Below, one piece after another: positions 39,529 through 47,748 of a stretch of 48,966 nt of DNA. Numbering within the stretch: the first letter of the stretch is position 1; each line of letters begins with the position of its first letter. The position numbers were made by a program, and so were the translations under genes. Source of the DNA: a virus (lineage: Duplodnaviria > Caudoviricetes); the IMG/VR virus record IMGVR_UViG_3300025392_000867, positions 1 through 48,966 of that record; one strand, given 5' to 3'. A model generated the notes under the pieces. The model saw only the letters and a list, made by a program, of their open reading frames with translations, was not told the origin of the DNA and did not search any database.

Positions 39529-39720
39529 TTATGCGTATGTTTCTTTTGTTTTTGTAGCTGTATACAATACTTCATCTTCAACGTATACTTTAACGGTTTG
39601 CCCTACACCAATAGATTTAGAATATGCTATCGATTCTTCTTCGCTAGAAAACTCTATATTGCTGACATTAACTGTACCGTTTTCCCAACGAAAGATTTTT
39701 ACAAGATATTGATAACTCAT
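39529..39720 (-). CDS. small protein, paralogue of 39284..39508
   Basis: VK...WENG...EES...TVKVY...YA. Confidence 0.7.
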   Translation of the reverse strand: MSYQYLVKIFRWENGTVNVSNIEFSSEEESIAYSKSIGVGQTVKVYVEDEVLYTATKTKETYA

Positions 39721-39723
39721 ATA

Positions 39724-40776
39724 TTATCTAAAATAATTAGACCAAATTTTTGCACTATTATTAGTATAGTTGGTTAAAGATTCTTGATGTTCTACAACAT
39801 TTTCCTCAGCATGATCATATATATAATGAAGTTTATCAATAATATCCTGGCTATCTACAGCACTTGCACTAAATTTTTCAACAGCCCACGGAATTTCTGT
39901 ATAGTTAGGTAACAAAGGAACACCTTGGCTAACTAAATCTGCGCCTACAATATTAAATGTTTCACTAAAATTGCATTGCATACCAATATCCATTTCTGCA
40001 CATAGATGTAAAAATTCTTCTCTTGGACGCCATTGGTGATTTACTAGTTCGTGCCCGTGTTCGTAGATTTGTTGGAATAGTCCTTTTAAATTGTTAATAG
40101 CAGGACCGCCTTGCATTTCAATTCGCCCAGCGTTAACATGGAATCGTAGCTTTTTTCCAAGTTGTTCAGCAAACTCAATAGCGGCAAATGCCTGTACTAG
40201 ATGATTTTTTAAAGGACGTATTGCACCAAAGCAACTAATATCGATTGTATCTTTGTTCTTTTTTAATTTCTTTTGTTTGTAATCTTGAGGATAGTAGTTG
40301 GGCAAATAAACTACACGACGATCTGCTTCCCTGTCGCCCCATTGATTTCTGTGCTTGAGATAAAACTTAATTTCGCGCATCATTCTAGGAGCATTACAAC
40401 CGATTATGATATTTTTGAAACCCGAATAGTCGCCAACCCAATCCATAGCATTACCTTCTCCGGCCATAAACGGCATTTCGCTGTGTATGCGTATAATCCA
40501 AGTTACATTAGGATGTAGTTTACATAATACAGCAAACTTAGTAGGAACTACCCAAAGTGCTTCTATGATCACATGAGTTGGTTTGTGCCGAGTAACAAGT
40601 TTATCAATACAATTATTGTCTATTGCTACTTCTAAATTACTTTCTATTCCGTGATCTGCAAGCATGTCGTCCATAAACTTGGCGCTGTTATATAAACCTG
40701 TGCTAAGACCAACATGGCTATGTGTTATCGCGTTGAAATCTTCACGACGCTTCAGGATGAATAGGACTCGGGACAT
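39724..40776 (-). CDS. putative GT-B glycosyltransferase
   Basis: FGAIRPLKN, SETFNIVGAD.VSQGVP. Confidence 0.65.
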   Translation of the reverse strand: MSRVLFILKRREDFNAITHSHVGLSTGLYNSAKFMDDMLADHGIESNLEVAIDNNCIDKLVTRHKPTHVIIEALWVVPTKFAVLCKLHPNVTWIIRIHSEMPFMAGEGNAMDWVGDYSGFKNIIIGCNAPRMMREIKFYLKHRNQWGDREADRRVVYLPNYYPQDYKQKKLKKNKDTIDISCFGAIRPLKNHLVQAFAAIEFAEQLGKKLRFHVNAGRIEMQGGPAINNLKGLFQQIYEHGHELVNHQWRPREEFLHLCAEMDIGMQCNFSETFNIVGADLVSQGVPLLPNYTEIPWAVEKFSASAVDSQDIIDKLHYIYDHAEENVVEHQESLTNYTNNSAKIWSNYFR

Positions 40777-40859
40777 GTGTACTCGCTACTGTGTATTTTA
40801 TACCAGTATTTATACTTAATGTATGTATATTATGATTACAATGATTTGACAAATAAAAA

Positions 40860-40951
40860 TGCTCACTTCGAGGATTGCCGGTAGCGAATCAGAATCCTCA
40901 GGCAGCAGCCGCCTACACACTTTGGTAACTAGTACCGGTCCTAAGGTGTGT
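40860..40951 (-). ncRNA. candidate structured RNA
   Basis: Three adjacent stems in a GC-rich intergenic island; strand uncertain. Confidence 0.45.
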
Positions 40952-40955
40952 TCTC

Positions 40956-41330
40956 TTAACTACTGCCTCCGGCAGCTTCTTTGTCATCTGGTGATTTATT
41001 TTTCTTTGCAATGTTGTCAGCTTCATCCATTGCATCATGAAACTTGGCATTGGCCTTAGCTTCAACTATTGCAGTTTCCATAACACGATCGCTTTCAATC
41101 ATTTTGCCACGGATAGTTAATACTGTGTTTACTTTTTGATTTAAACGTATTAAGTCGTTATCTAACATACGTATGCGATCTATAAGTGCAATAAGAACAG
41201 TATTAGCATCTGAAATAACAGGTTTAATTTCTTTAGTAGCCCATTCCCATACGTAACGGATGATGAATCCCATCCCTACTGCCATAACAATAGGGAATCC
41301 ATACTTATTGACTATTTCTGCAATTTCCAT
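40956..41330 (-). CDS. N-terminal TM plus coiled-coil protein (paralogue of 42337..42618)
   Basis: GFPIVMAVGMG...ALIDRIRMLDNDLIRL. Confidence 0.75.
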   Translation of the reverse strand: MEIAEIVNKYGFPIVMAVGMGFIIRYVWEWATKEIKPVISDANTVLIALIDRIRMLDNDLIRLNQKVNTVLTIRGKMIESDRVMETAIVEAKANAKFHDAMDEADNIAKKNKSPDDKEAAGGSS

Positions 41331-41331
41331 A

Positions 41332-41916
41332 TTAGAACCAAAGGAATAAACCGTTTAGGCTTAAAAACAATCCTAATCCTGCTACTGCAAAACTACTCCA
41401 GAACAGCATCATGCTAACAGCTAGTATACTTGCTGACAAAATAACAATAGCCATTTGATACGCTGTTGATGCATATCCAATCCACGGGCTACGCATTTTA
41501 GCTTCATCACGTTCAGCTTCTAATTGTTTTGCTTTAGATAATAATGCTTTCTTACCTTCATTTGGCTCATTTTCATAGCGGTCAATCTTGGTAATCATTT
41601 CTTCAGCACGAAGTTTATCGCCCGATTTCTTAGCTTCATACAGACTTTGCTCTGCTAGACTCTGCTTAAGGCTTTTTGCTTGATAAAAATTATAAACATC
41701 ACTGGCTTTGATAGTGTTGTTTAATACTGTGCTAGATAGTTTACCGCCATACCATACATTCACAGCAAGTAACAATGCAAACACGTTGATCACCATACCT
41801 GCTTTGTCTTTGATCTTTGCTTCGCGTTCGCTACGTGAGCCCACCGGAGGCTTTGGTGCGTCCGGATCTTTTGGTGTTTTTGTAATTAAATTTAATATGC
41901 TATCTATTAGTGCCAT
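41332..41916 (-). CDS. DUF4337-like membrane protein
   Basis: ASDVYNFYQAKSLKQ between TM helices; probable start ATG 41916. Confidence 0.7.
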   Translation of the reverse strand: MALIDSILNLITKTPKDPDAPKPPVGSRSEREAKIKDKAGMVINVFALLLAVNVWYGGKLSSTVLNNTIKASDVYNFYQAKSLKQSLAEQSLYEAKKSGDKLRAEEMITKIDRYENEPNEGKKALLSKAKQLEAERDEAKMRSPWIGYASTAYQMAIVILSASILAVSMMLFWSSFAVAGLGLFLSLNGLFLWF

Positions 41917-42032
41917 GTTAAAACTACTCCTATAATAATTCCTATTAGAAATGCAAATCCTGCCCATTTGGCTAAATCTCCATCAGTCCATATCTGACGT
42001 GCTGGCAATCGATTTGGATCAAATTTATACAT
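41907..42032 (-). CDS. small membrane protein (41 aa)
   Basis: Read manually: MYKFDPNRLPARQIWTDGDLAKWAGFAFLIGIIIGVVLTWH. Confidence 0.55.
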   Translation of the reverse strand: MYKFDPNRLPARQIWTDGDLAKWAGFAFLIGIIIGVVLTWH

Positions 42033-42213
42033 TTACTTTATATCCTTTTGCAAACATTTCTATTGGATCAACTTTCTTAATTAATTTAATACCGTTGCTT
42101 TCTACAAATTTAAAATAATCACCTTCCTTCCAACCTAAAGCATCTGTGTTTAATTCTTCGTCTAGTTTAATATAGTTAGGATACAAGTCCCATTGATAAT
42201 CATAATGTAGCAT
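42025..42213 (-). CDS. AbrB-like small protein
   Basis: ALGWKEGD motif. Confidence 0.55.
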   Translation of the reverse strand: MLHYDYQWDLYPNYIKLDEELNTDALGWKEGDYFKFVESNGIKLIKKVDPIEMFAKGYKVNV

Positions 42214-42337
42214 ACAGTACCTCGTGTAATCTATCTGCTACTTTGCGTATATCTTCGCTTAATTTTTCTACACCTATTTCTTCTTCCACTAAACGAGCAA
42301 TATCATGTAATTCTATAATTGTATCTTGTAATTCCAT
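42200..42337 (-). CDS. small helical protein (45 aa)
   Basis: Read manually: MELQDTIIELHDIARLVEEEIGVEKLSEDIRKVADRLHEVLYATL; TAATG coupling. Confidence 0.6.
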   Translation of the reverse strand: MELQDTIIELHDIARLVEEEIGVEKLSEDIRKVADRLHEVLYATL

Positions 42338-42618
42338 TAGTCTCTCCTTGCATCGGTTTTACCGTCAGCACGGGCAATACGATCAACGTCTGGACGTAAT
42401 CCTAGTGCGTTAGATACAATAGTATCAATGCGAATTACGTCATGATTCATGGTTTTTACACGATTATCAAGTGCTGTAATAATACCAGCCATGCCTTTTA
42501 CCGAGCTTAAAACACCCGCTAAAAGTAGTTTGATAGTTAGGTATAAAAAGTAGCCACCGGCTAGTGCGGCCGCTACTGGGAACCCAAGGTCCCCTATGAT
42601 TTTAAAGATGTCATTCAT
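42337..42618 (-). CDS. N-terminal TM plus coiled-coil protein
   Basis: GFPVAAALAGG...ALDNRVKTMNHDVIRI; GGAG RBS favours ATG 42618. Confidence 0.75.
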   Translation of the reverse strand: MNDIFKIIGDLGFPVAAALAGGYFLYLTIKLLLAGVLSSVKGMAGIITALDNRVKTMNHDVIRIDTIVSNALGLRPDVDRIARADGKTDARRD

Positions 42619-42744
42619 CAGATTCGCTCCCGGCTTTTGACACAAGTATTTATTAGTTTTGATTATTAAAATGCACCATGCTAAATACTATATGATCAGT
42701 GTGATTTACAATAAATACACATAACAATTTAAGAGAGCAATTCC

Positions 42745-45192
42745 ATGGCATATACCAATAATAGCGACAGATACGGCGTAGCAATGCCCCCAAGAGTACG
42801 TGATGTATTAGGGCGTTTAAAAGTCACTTTGCATCAAAACGTTTACGAAGCTGACTTCGAATACGGTCCACAGCCCTTGCGTTGGGAAGCTGTTACACAA
42901 GGTGGCGGAAGCGTAGTACAAGTTCCACAAACAGGTGGTGTACGTATGCGTGTTACTAACGCAACTGGTGATATTGCTATTCGTCAAAGTCGTCCATATC
43001 ATAGATACCAGCCAGGTAAGACCATGTTCATGGCAACAGCTTGTCAGTTTGGTACTCCAGCAGTTGGCAATCATCAGCGTGTAGGATTCTTTGATGATTC
43101 AAACGGTGTGTTTTGGGAACAGTCAGTGGTCACAGCAGACAATCCATACGGAATTTACTGCGTAGTGCGTTCAGACGTAGGCGGAGTAGTTACAGAAACA
43201 CGTATCGGTATTGACCAAGTTAACGGAGATAAAGCTACGATCAGTCAAGTTGACTTTACTGGTATTCAAATGTACTGGGTTGAATATGCATGGTACGGTG
43301 CTGGTGCTACACGTTTTGGTTTCTGGATCAATGGCGAACCAATTATTGCACATCAAATTGGTTGGGGTAACTATGCAAACCCAACAACTACAGGTACACG
43401 TCAACAGGTACCTTGGGGACGTACAGGTAACTTGCCAGTGCGTTACGAACAACGTAATACAGGCCCACAGACCAGCTCACAAAATGACATGTACCACTGG
43501 GGTGTGTCGGTTATTGTAGAAGGCGGACGTGATGAACAGCGCGGATTTACATATTCATATGGTGTTAGTAACACAAACCAAGCTCGTCCAATCGTTGGTG
43601 GTACAAACGGTACAACACGTTATCCATTGTTAACTATTCGTTCACGTGCTATGGGTACACAAGAATTTGGTAACGTCAACGGATTATACAACGCTAACGC
43701 AACTCCAACAGCCAACGCTACACAGTCAGCCACAAGTACAGCCAGTTATGCCGTAGGCACAACACTAACTGTTGGCGGCAGTTTAACAGGTACATTTGCA
43801 GTAGGTATGGGCGTTGTTGGTTGGGGTATTGCACTAGGCACATATATTACAGCACTGGGCACAGGTTCAGGCGGAGCAGGTACATATACTCTAAGTACTG
43901 CCGCACAAACAGGATCAAGTTCAGCAACAGCTACGATTCAGGTCAATGCTTATGCTAACGTAATGACCGTAACAGGAACTCCGCTTACTGCTAACCAGTA
44001 CCAAGGACGTTACATTTACTTCCCATATAACGGAACACAAACATCAGTCTCTATTGCTAGTTCATCTGGAGTTGCTGGAACAACACAGTTGGTATTGGCC
44101 AACGTTACTGGAATATATGCAGGTATGACAGTAACTAGTGGTACTGGTATTTTAACACTAGGTACCAACAACATTCCAACGTTTATTCAAAGTATCAACT
44201 CAAGTACAAATACTGTAACACTATCTAACCCACTAACTACAACAGCTAGCGGCAACTATATATTTGTATCAACACTAGGTGCTGGTGCTGTTGGTCGTAT
44301 TTTATATAATACAACAAGTGCTATTTACTTTGCAGATCCTATACTAGGCGGCCTAGTTCCAAACTTAACTGTAGCTACTTCAGCAGTTACAGCTACATTT
44401 GCCGCAAGCCCAACATATACATATAGTTCAGGCGGTGCTAGTGGCGCATATACATTCACATTAACAGCTAGTACTACTAACGTAGTGCCAGGCATGCCTA
44501 TTTCAGGAACTGGTATTATTGCCAACACCACAGTTGTTAGCGTGTCAGGCGCTACGGTTACAATGAGTAATCCAGCAGGCGCACAGATTAGTGGTACAAT
44601 TACATTTGGCAGTGGAACAGCTGGTGCATACACTGTATTGACCACAGCAGGTACCGGCTCAGTTGTTGTAGGTATGAGTGTAACAGGTACAGGTATTGCT
44701 CCAGGTGCCATGGTAACACAATACGCCAACAACGTGATCACATTAAACTTGCCATGTACCGCACAGGTATCCAGTACACTTACATTCGCAACAGGCTATG
44801 TTATTGGATTAAGTAATCGTGGACAACTATTACCAAGACGACTAATGATGAGCTCGGACACACGTTGCGTGGTTGAGGTTATTGCTAGTACACCAACTAA
44901 CCCAACTACACTAACTGGTCCAAACTTCCAGCAGTTACAATACTTGGGATCATTAAACTCATTTGCTGAACGTGATATTACTGCAACTAGTTTAACAGGT
45001 GGTGAGGTTGTATTTGCGTTTACACTAGCATCTGGTTCAGGTCTACAGGATATTGACTTCAGCTACTTCTTCCCATTATATAACAACATACGTGGAAGTA
45101 ACGTTGATACACTAACATTAGCAATTTCAGTTGTTCCAAACGCAACTGCGGTTGTTTCTGGACACTTGATTTGCCAAGAAGCGATGAGTTAA
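42745..45192 (+). CDS. large virion/tail-fibre-like protein
   Basis: Late promoters; Thr/Gly/Ala-rich; repeated GM-x-[VI]-[TS]-GTGI modules also seen in 10020..11939. Confidence 0.7.
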   Translation: MAYTNNSDRYGVAMPPRVRDVLGRLKVTLHQNVYEADFEYGPQPLRWEAVTQGGGSVVQVPQTGGVRMRVTNATGDIAIRQSRPYHRYQPGKTMFMATACQFGTPAVGNHQRVGFFDDSNGVFWEQSVVTADNPYGIYCVVRSDVGGVVTETRIGIDQVNGDKATISQVDFTGIQMYWVEYAWYGAGATRFGFWINGEPIIAHQIGWGNYANPTTTGTRQQVPWGRTGNLPVRYEQRNTGPQTSSQNDMYHWGVSVIVEGGRDEQRGFTYSYGVSNTNQARPIVGGTNGTTRYPLLTIRSRAMGTQEFGNVNGLYNANATPTANATQSATSTASYAVGTTLTVGGSLTGTFAVGMGVVGWGIALGTYITALGTGSGGAGTYTLSTAAQTGSSSATATIQVNAYANVMTVTGTPLTANQYQGRYIYFPYNGTQTSVSIASSSGVAGTTQLVLANVTGIYAGMTVTSGTGILTLGTNNIPTFIQSINSSTNTVTLSNPLTTTASGNYIFVSTLGAGAVGRILYNTTSAIYFADPILGGLVPNLTVATSAVTATFAASPTYTYSSGGASGAYTFTLTASTTNVVPGMPISGTGIIANTTVVSVSGATVTMSNPAGAQISGTITFGSGTAGAYTVLTTAGTGSVVVGMSVTGTGIAPGAMVTQYANNVITLNLPCTAQVSSTLTFATGYVIGLSNRGQLLPRRLMMSSDTRCVVEVIASTPTNPTTLTGPNFQQLQYLGSLNSFAERDITATSLTGGEVVFAFTLASGSGLQDIDFSYFFPLYNNIRGSNVDTLTLAISVVPNATAVVSGHLICQEAMS

Positions 45193-45202
45193 TCCAAAAC
45201 AC

Positions 45203-45230
45203 TTGATATATACAAAAAAGATAGTATAAT
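45203..45230 (+). promoter_or_regulatory. sigma70 promoter for the micropeptide-tmRNA unit
   Basis: TTGATA-16 nt-TATAAT. Confidence 0.65.
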
Positions 45231-45254
45231 TAATATATAGTAAAGGAGACTGTA

Positions 45255-45320
45255 ATGGGTCAAAAGAAACGTACACCAATGGAAAGCGCGGCACGCCGTG
45301 CAACCAAAAAGAAACGCTAA
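45255..45320 (+). CDS. basic micropeptide 1 (21 aa, MGQKKRTPMESAARRATKKKR)
   Basis: AAGGAG RBS, read manually. Confidence 0.65.
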   Translation: MGQKKRTPMESAARRATKKKR

Positions 45321-45337
45321 TCTGAAGGAGAACTAAC

Positions 45338-45409
45338 ATGGCATACAGAGCAAAAAACGGTAGCATGAAAGCCGCAGTACGCAGAGTTCTACGTCGCGGT
45401 AAGAAGTAA
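45338..45409 (+). CDS. basic micropeptide 2 (23 aa, MAYRAKNGSMKAAVRRVLRRGKK)
   Basis: AAGGAG RBS, read manually. Confidence 0.65.
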   Translation: MAYRAKNGSMKAAVRRVLRRGKK

Positions 45410-45776
45410 TTTAAAGAATTGTTGTAATCCCTTCAAAGCGAAGGCGTTGCGGACCCGGGTTCGACCCCCGGCAGGTCCACCAAAAGAAAATTCAGCAGGA
45501 TGCATACTGCGGCCAACCAGTAATGGAGCCAACCGTGAAAGGATCTGAGTTTTCTTCTGATGGGCCTGTATTGGCTTCGACGTGGCGAGATAGTAGAGAC
45601 GGCAACACAGTAGGCGATGACTGTCAATCAAGCAAATCTAGTAAATGCAAAAGCATCTACATTCGAGTTTTTCCAAGTTCCTGTAACATTAGCAACTGCT
45701 GATGATGCAGAATTTGCACTAGCAGCCTAAGAAACTGCACTCGCGAGGTAGGATAGACCTTGTCACCCAACACACC
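45410..45776 (+). ncRNA. ssrA: circularly permuted (two-piece) tmRNA
   Basis: T arm plus CAGGTCC-A-CCA (ends 45482) precedes GGGCCTG (45562); G3.U pair; tag frame 45647-45730 ends ALAA*; outer ends approximate. Confidence 0.92.
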
Positions 45777-45801
45777 AATGGACCTTCGGGTCCATTTTTT
45801 T
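45777..45801 (+). terminator. intrinsic terminator after tmRNA
   Basis: AATGGACC-TTCG-GGTCCATT then a T tract. Confidence 0.88.
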
Positions 45802-45824
45802 CAACACACATTAAGGAAGTACAC

Positions 45825-46043
45825 ATGGACATGGATCAAGCGGCAGTATTTTTAGCCGGCTCAATTTTAACAATGCTAGGATTTATCATAATCGTAGCAG
45901 GTATCATTGCAATTAACAATCTACTACACAAATATTGGAAACCCGTAATCATTTGGCGTTTTCCCGAATATCCGGCTACTAGATTTGCCGAACCTCACGA
46001 ATTAGCAACTGTCGAGCCTAAAAACGAAACAAAAAAATCTTGA
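45825..46043 (+). CDS. small single-TM protein
   Basis: AAGGA RBS; hydrophobic N-terminal half. Confidence 0.7.
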   Translation: MDMDQAAVFLAGSILTMLGFIIIVAGIIAINNLLHKYWKPVIIWRFPEYPATRFAEPHELATVEPKNETKKS

Positions 46044-46068
46044 CTTAGTACAAACACGAATATATACT
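46040..46068 (+). promoter_or_regulatory. sigma70 promoter
   Basis: TTGACT-17 nt-TATACT. Confidence 0.65.
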
Positions 46069-46113
46069 AACGACATGACACATGTCATTTTTATTAATAA
46101 AAGGAAGTAAAAT

Positions 46114-46566
46114 ATGAAGAAATTTGCAATCGCAACATTGATGGCCCTAGCGGCTGTAACAGCAAGTGCTGTAGAACTAGGTGTAAACGGATCTTACGAT
46201 TACGGTTCACCAACACAACGTCCAGGTGCAGGTATCACAATTGGTCAAAAATATGACAAGTTTGGTATCACTGCTGGCTTTGATCGTTACACCAAAGGTA
46301 CAGATCAAAACAAGTGGACACTAGTTGGTTCATACGATGTTTACACAGTTGGAGCCGCAACATTTGCAGTTAAAGCTGGTGCCGCATATATCGACAATAC
46401 TGGTAATACTCCAGACGGTTATGCAGGTCTAGTTGGTACAGGTGTTAGCTATGCCGTTGCTAAGAATGTAGCATTGACAGCTGACTATCGTTATCAGTTT
46501 GGTCAATCACGCATTAACCAATTTGATGGCAATACAATTTCAACTGGCGTTAAGTTCTCATTCTAA
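46114..46566 (+). CDS. outer-membrane beta-barrel protein (OmpA-TM/Ail-like)
   Basis: Signal peptide, alternating beta strands, C-terminal GVKFSF. Confidence 0.85.
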   Translation: MKKFAIATLMALAAVTASAVELGVNGSYDYGSPTQRPGAGITIGQKYDKFGITAGFDRYTKGTDQNKWTLVGSYDVYTVGAATFAVKAGAAYIDNTGNTPDGYAGLVGTGVSYAVAKNVALTADYRYQFGQSRINQFDGNTISTGVKFSF

Positions 46567-46581
46567 TTTATAATTAGATCC

Positions 46582-46607
46582 ATAAAAGGACCTACGGGTC
46601 CTTTTAT
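46582..46607 (+). terminator. intrinsic (possibly bidirectional) terminator
   Basis: ATAAAAGGACC-TACG-GGTCCTTTTAT. Confidence 0.8.
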
Positions 46608-46727
46608 TATTAATTTTTTCAATAAGCGTTATTAAAATTATTATTGAAAAAATCAATAAATTCGCTTGATTTAATTAGTAAATACTATTACAATAGAAGT
46701 AAGACAACACACACAAAAGGAGAAAGT

Positions 46728-47177
46728 ATGTCAGCTACATTAGCAAATTTAAGTAGTGCATTGGCCGGCGAAAGTCAAGCACACATCAAATATCGGTATT
46801 TCGCCAAGATTGCTCGTGAGGAAGGTTTTGAAGAAGTTGCAAAGCACTTTGAACACACAGCAGATCAAGAACTTAAACATGCATGGGGTCACTTGGAATT
46901 GCTTATTGGCAAACCTTCAACTAAAGAATGTTTAGAGAAAGCAATCGAAGGTGAAACTTACGAGTTTACACAGATGTATCCGCAGTTTGAAGCTATTGCT
47001 ATTAGCGAAGGCAACGTAGAAGCCGCTAAAGAAGCACAGCATCAAATTGAAGAAAGTAAAGAACACGCAGAGCAATTTGCGGCAGTATTGGCAAAGGCAG
47101 AAAAGCGTTTTGCGGCTTTGAAGAAAGTTGAAGAACGTCATGCTCTTGCTTACAAGAAAGTTTTGGAGGCACTATAA
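46728..47177 (+). CDS. rubrerythrin (ferritin-like di-iron domain)
   Basis: AGESQA, EEG, QELKHA, GETYE, ESKEH; AAGGAG RBS favours ATG 46728. Confidence 0.9.
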   Translation: MSATLANLSSALAGESQAHIKYRYFAKIAREEGFEEVAKHFEHTADQELKHAWGHLELLIGKPSTKECLEKAIEGETYEFTQMYPQFEAIAISEGNVEAAKEAQHQIEESKEHAEQFAAVLAKAEKRFAALKKVEERHALAYKKVLEAL

Positions 47178-47305
47178 TGGAACACGTATGCGTAGTATGC
47201 GGTCACATACATGACGAAGCCACCGAAGGCAAATGGGAAGACTTACCTGCAGATTTTCTCTGTCCAGAGTGCGGTGTAGGCAAAGATGAGTACGAAACCA
47301 TCTAG
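47177..47305 (+). CDS. rubredoxin (42 aa)
   Basis: Read manually: CVVCG...WEDLPADFLCPECGVGK. Confidence 0.9.
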   Translation: MEHVCVVCGHIHDEATEGKWEDLPADFLCPECGVGKDEYETI

Positions 47306-47346
47306 TAATTAAAATGTGTTAAAAAGACCATATTTCCCATATGGTC

Positions 47347-47474
47347 TTGACACAGAGACTAAATAACTATACAATAAGAACATGCACAAACAATCCGTTT
47401 GAGCAGATGTTGTAGTAATACAACAAAGAAATTTTAAAAAAGTTGTTGACAGTACTGCTGAAAGGCGTTACAAT
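47347..47474 (+). promoter_or_regulatory. two tandem sigma70 promoters (first with embedded TAAATA)
   Basis: TTGACA(47347)-17-TACAAT(47370); TTGACA(47446)-17-TACAAT(47469). Confidence 0.75.
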
Positions 47475-47531
47475 TAACACATGAACTAGCAATTCCGCTA
47501 GTAAACAAAAAGGTTTAAAAGAGAAAACAAA

Positions 47532-47684
47532 ATGCAATCTTGCAATAGACATCATCAGTTTAATACGATGCCCAAACAGGTAGGCGTTATAGCCTCTTAT
47601 TGGTCAGCGATTAATGGCGGAAGTCTATTATCACTAGATCGCACACCAGAGATTAATAGTAGGGTCCGGAGGACTGTCGTGTAA
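47532..47684 (+). CDS. putative attenuator leader peptide (50 aa)
   Basis: MQSCNRHHQFNTMPKQVGVIASYWSAINGGSLLSLDRTPEINSRVRRTVV; its 3' end overlaps the antiterminator arm. Confidence 0.6.
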   Translation: MQSCNRHHQFNTMPKQVGVIASYWSAINGGSLLSLDRTPEINSRVRRTVV

Positions 47685-47748
47685 CACAAAAGTATACACA
47701 ACAAACTTCAAGGACCCTAGGATTAAAAACCCTGGGGTTTTTTGTTTT
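47660..47748 (+). terminator. alternative antiterminator/terminator
   Basis: TAGGGTCC(47660-67) pairs GGACCCTA(47712-19); alternatively GACCCTAGG(47713-21)/CCTGGGGTT(47731-39) plus a T tract. Confidence 0.75.

Larger units (their letters stand above)
1752..47365. promoter_or_regulatory. recurrent T4-type late promoter motif (TA)TAAATA
   Basis: TAAATA in short intergenic gaps before genes at about 1752, 2890, 3728, 4423, 4940, 7887, 9993, 12084, 16681, 18610, 23279, 27350, 29060, 30740, 33494, 33758, 36391, 42682, 42712, 46679, 47360 (+) and 1676, 39526, 40807, 42647 (-); T4 gp55 consensus is TATAAATA. Confidence 0.8.

Noticed and set aside
2000-44741. Many antisense or alternate-frame ORFs in the track (e.g. 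2000..2353, 12738..13043, 24216..24659, 28208..28702, 32101..32586, 44325..44741)
   Set aside because: Shadows of well-supported genes, with no RBS or recognisable motifs.
45389-45631. Minus-strand ORFs 45389..45631 and 45433..45627
   Set aside because: Antisense to the tmRNA.
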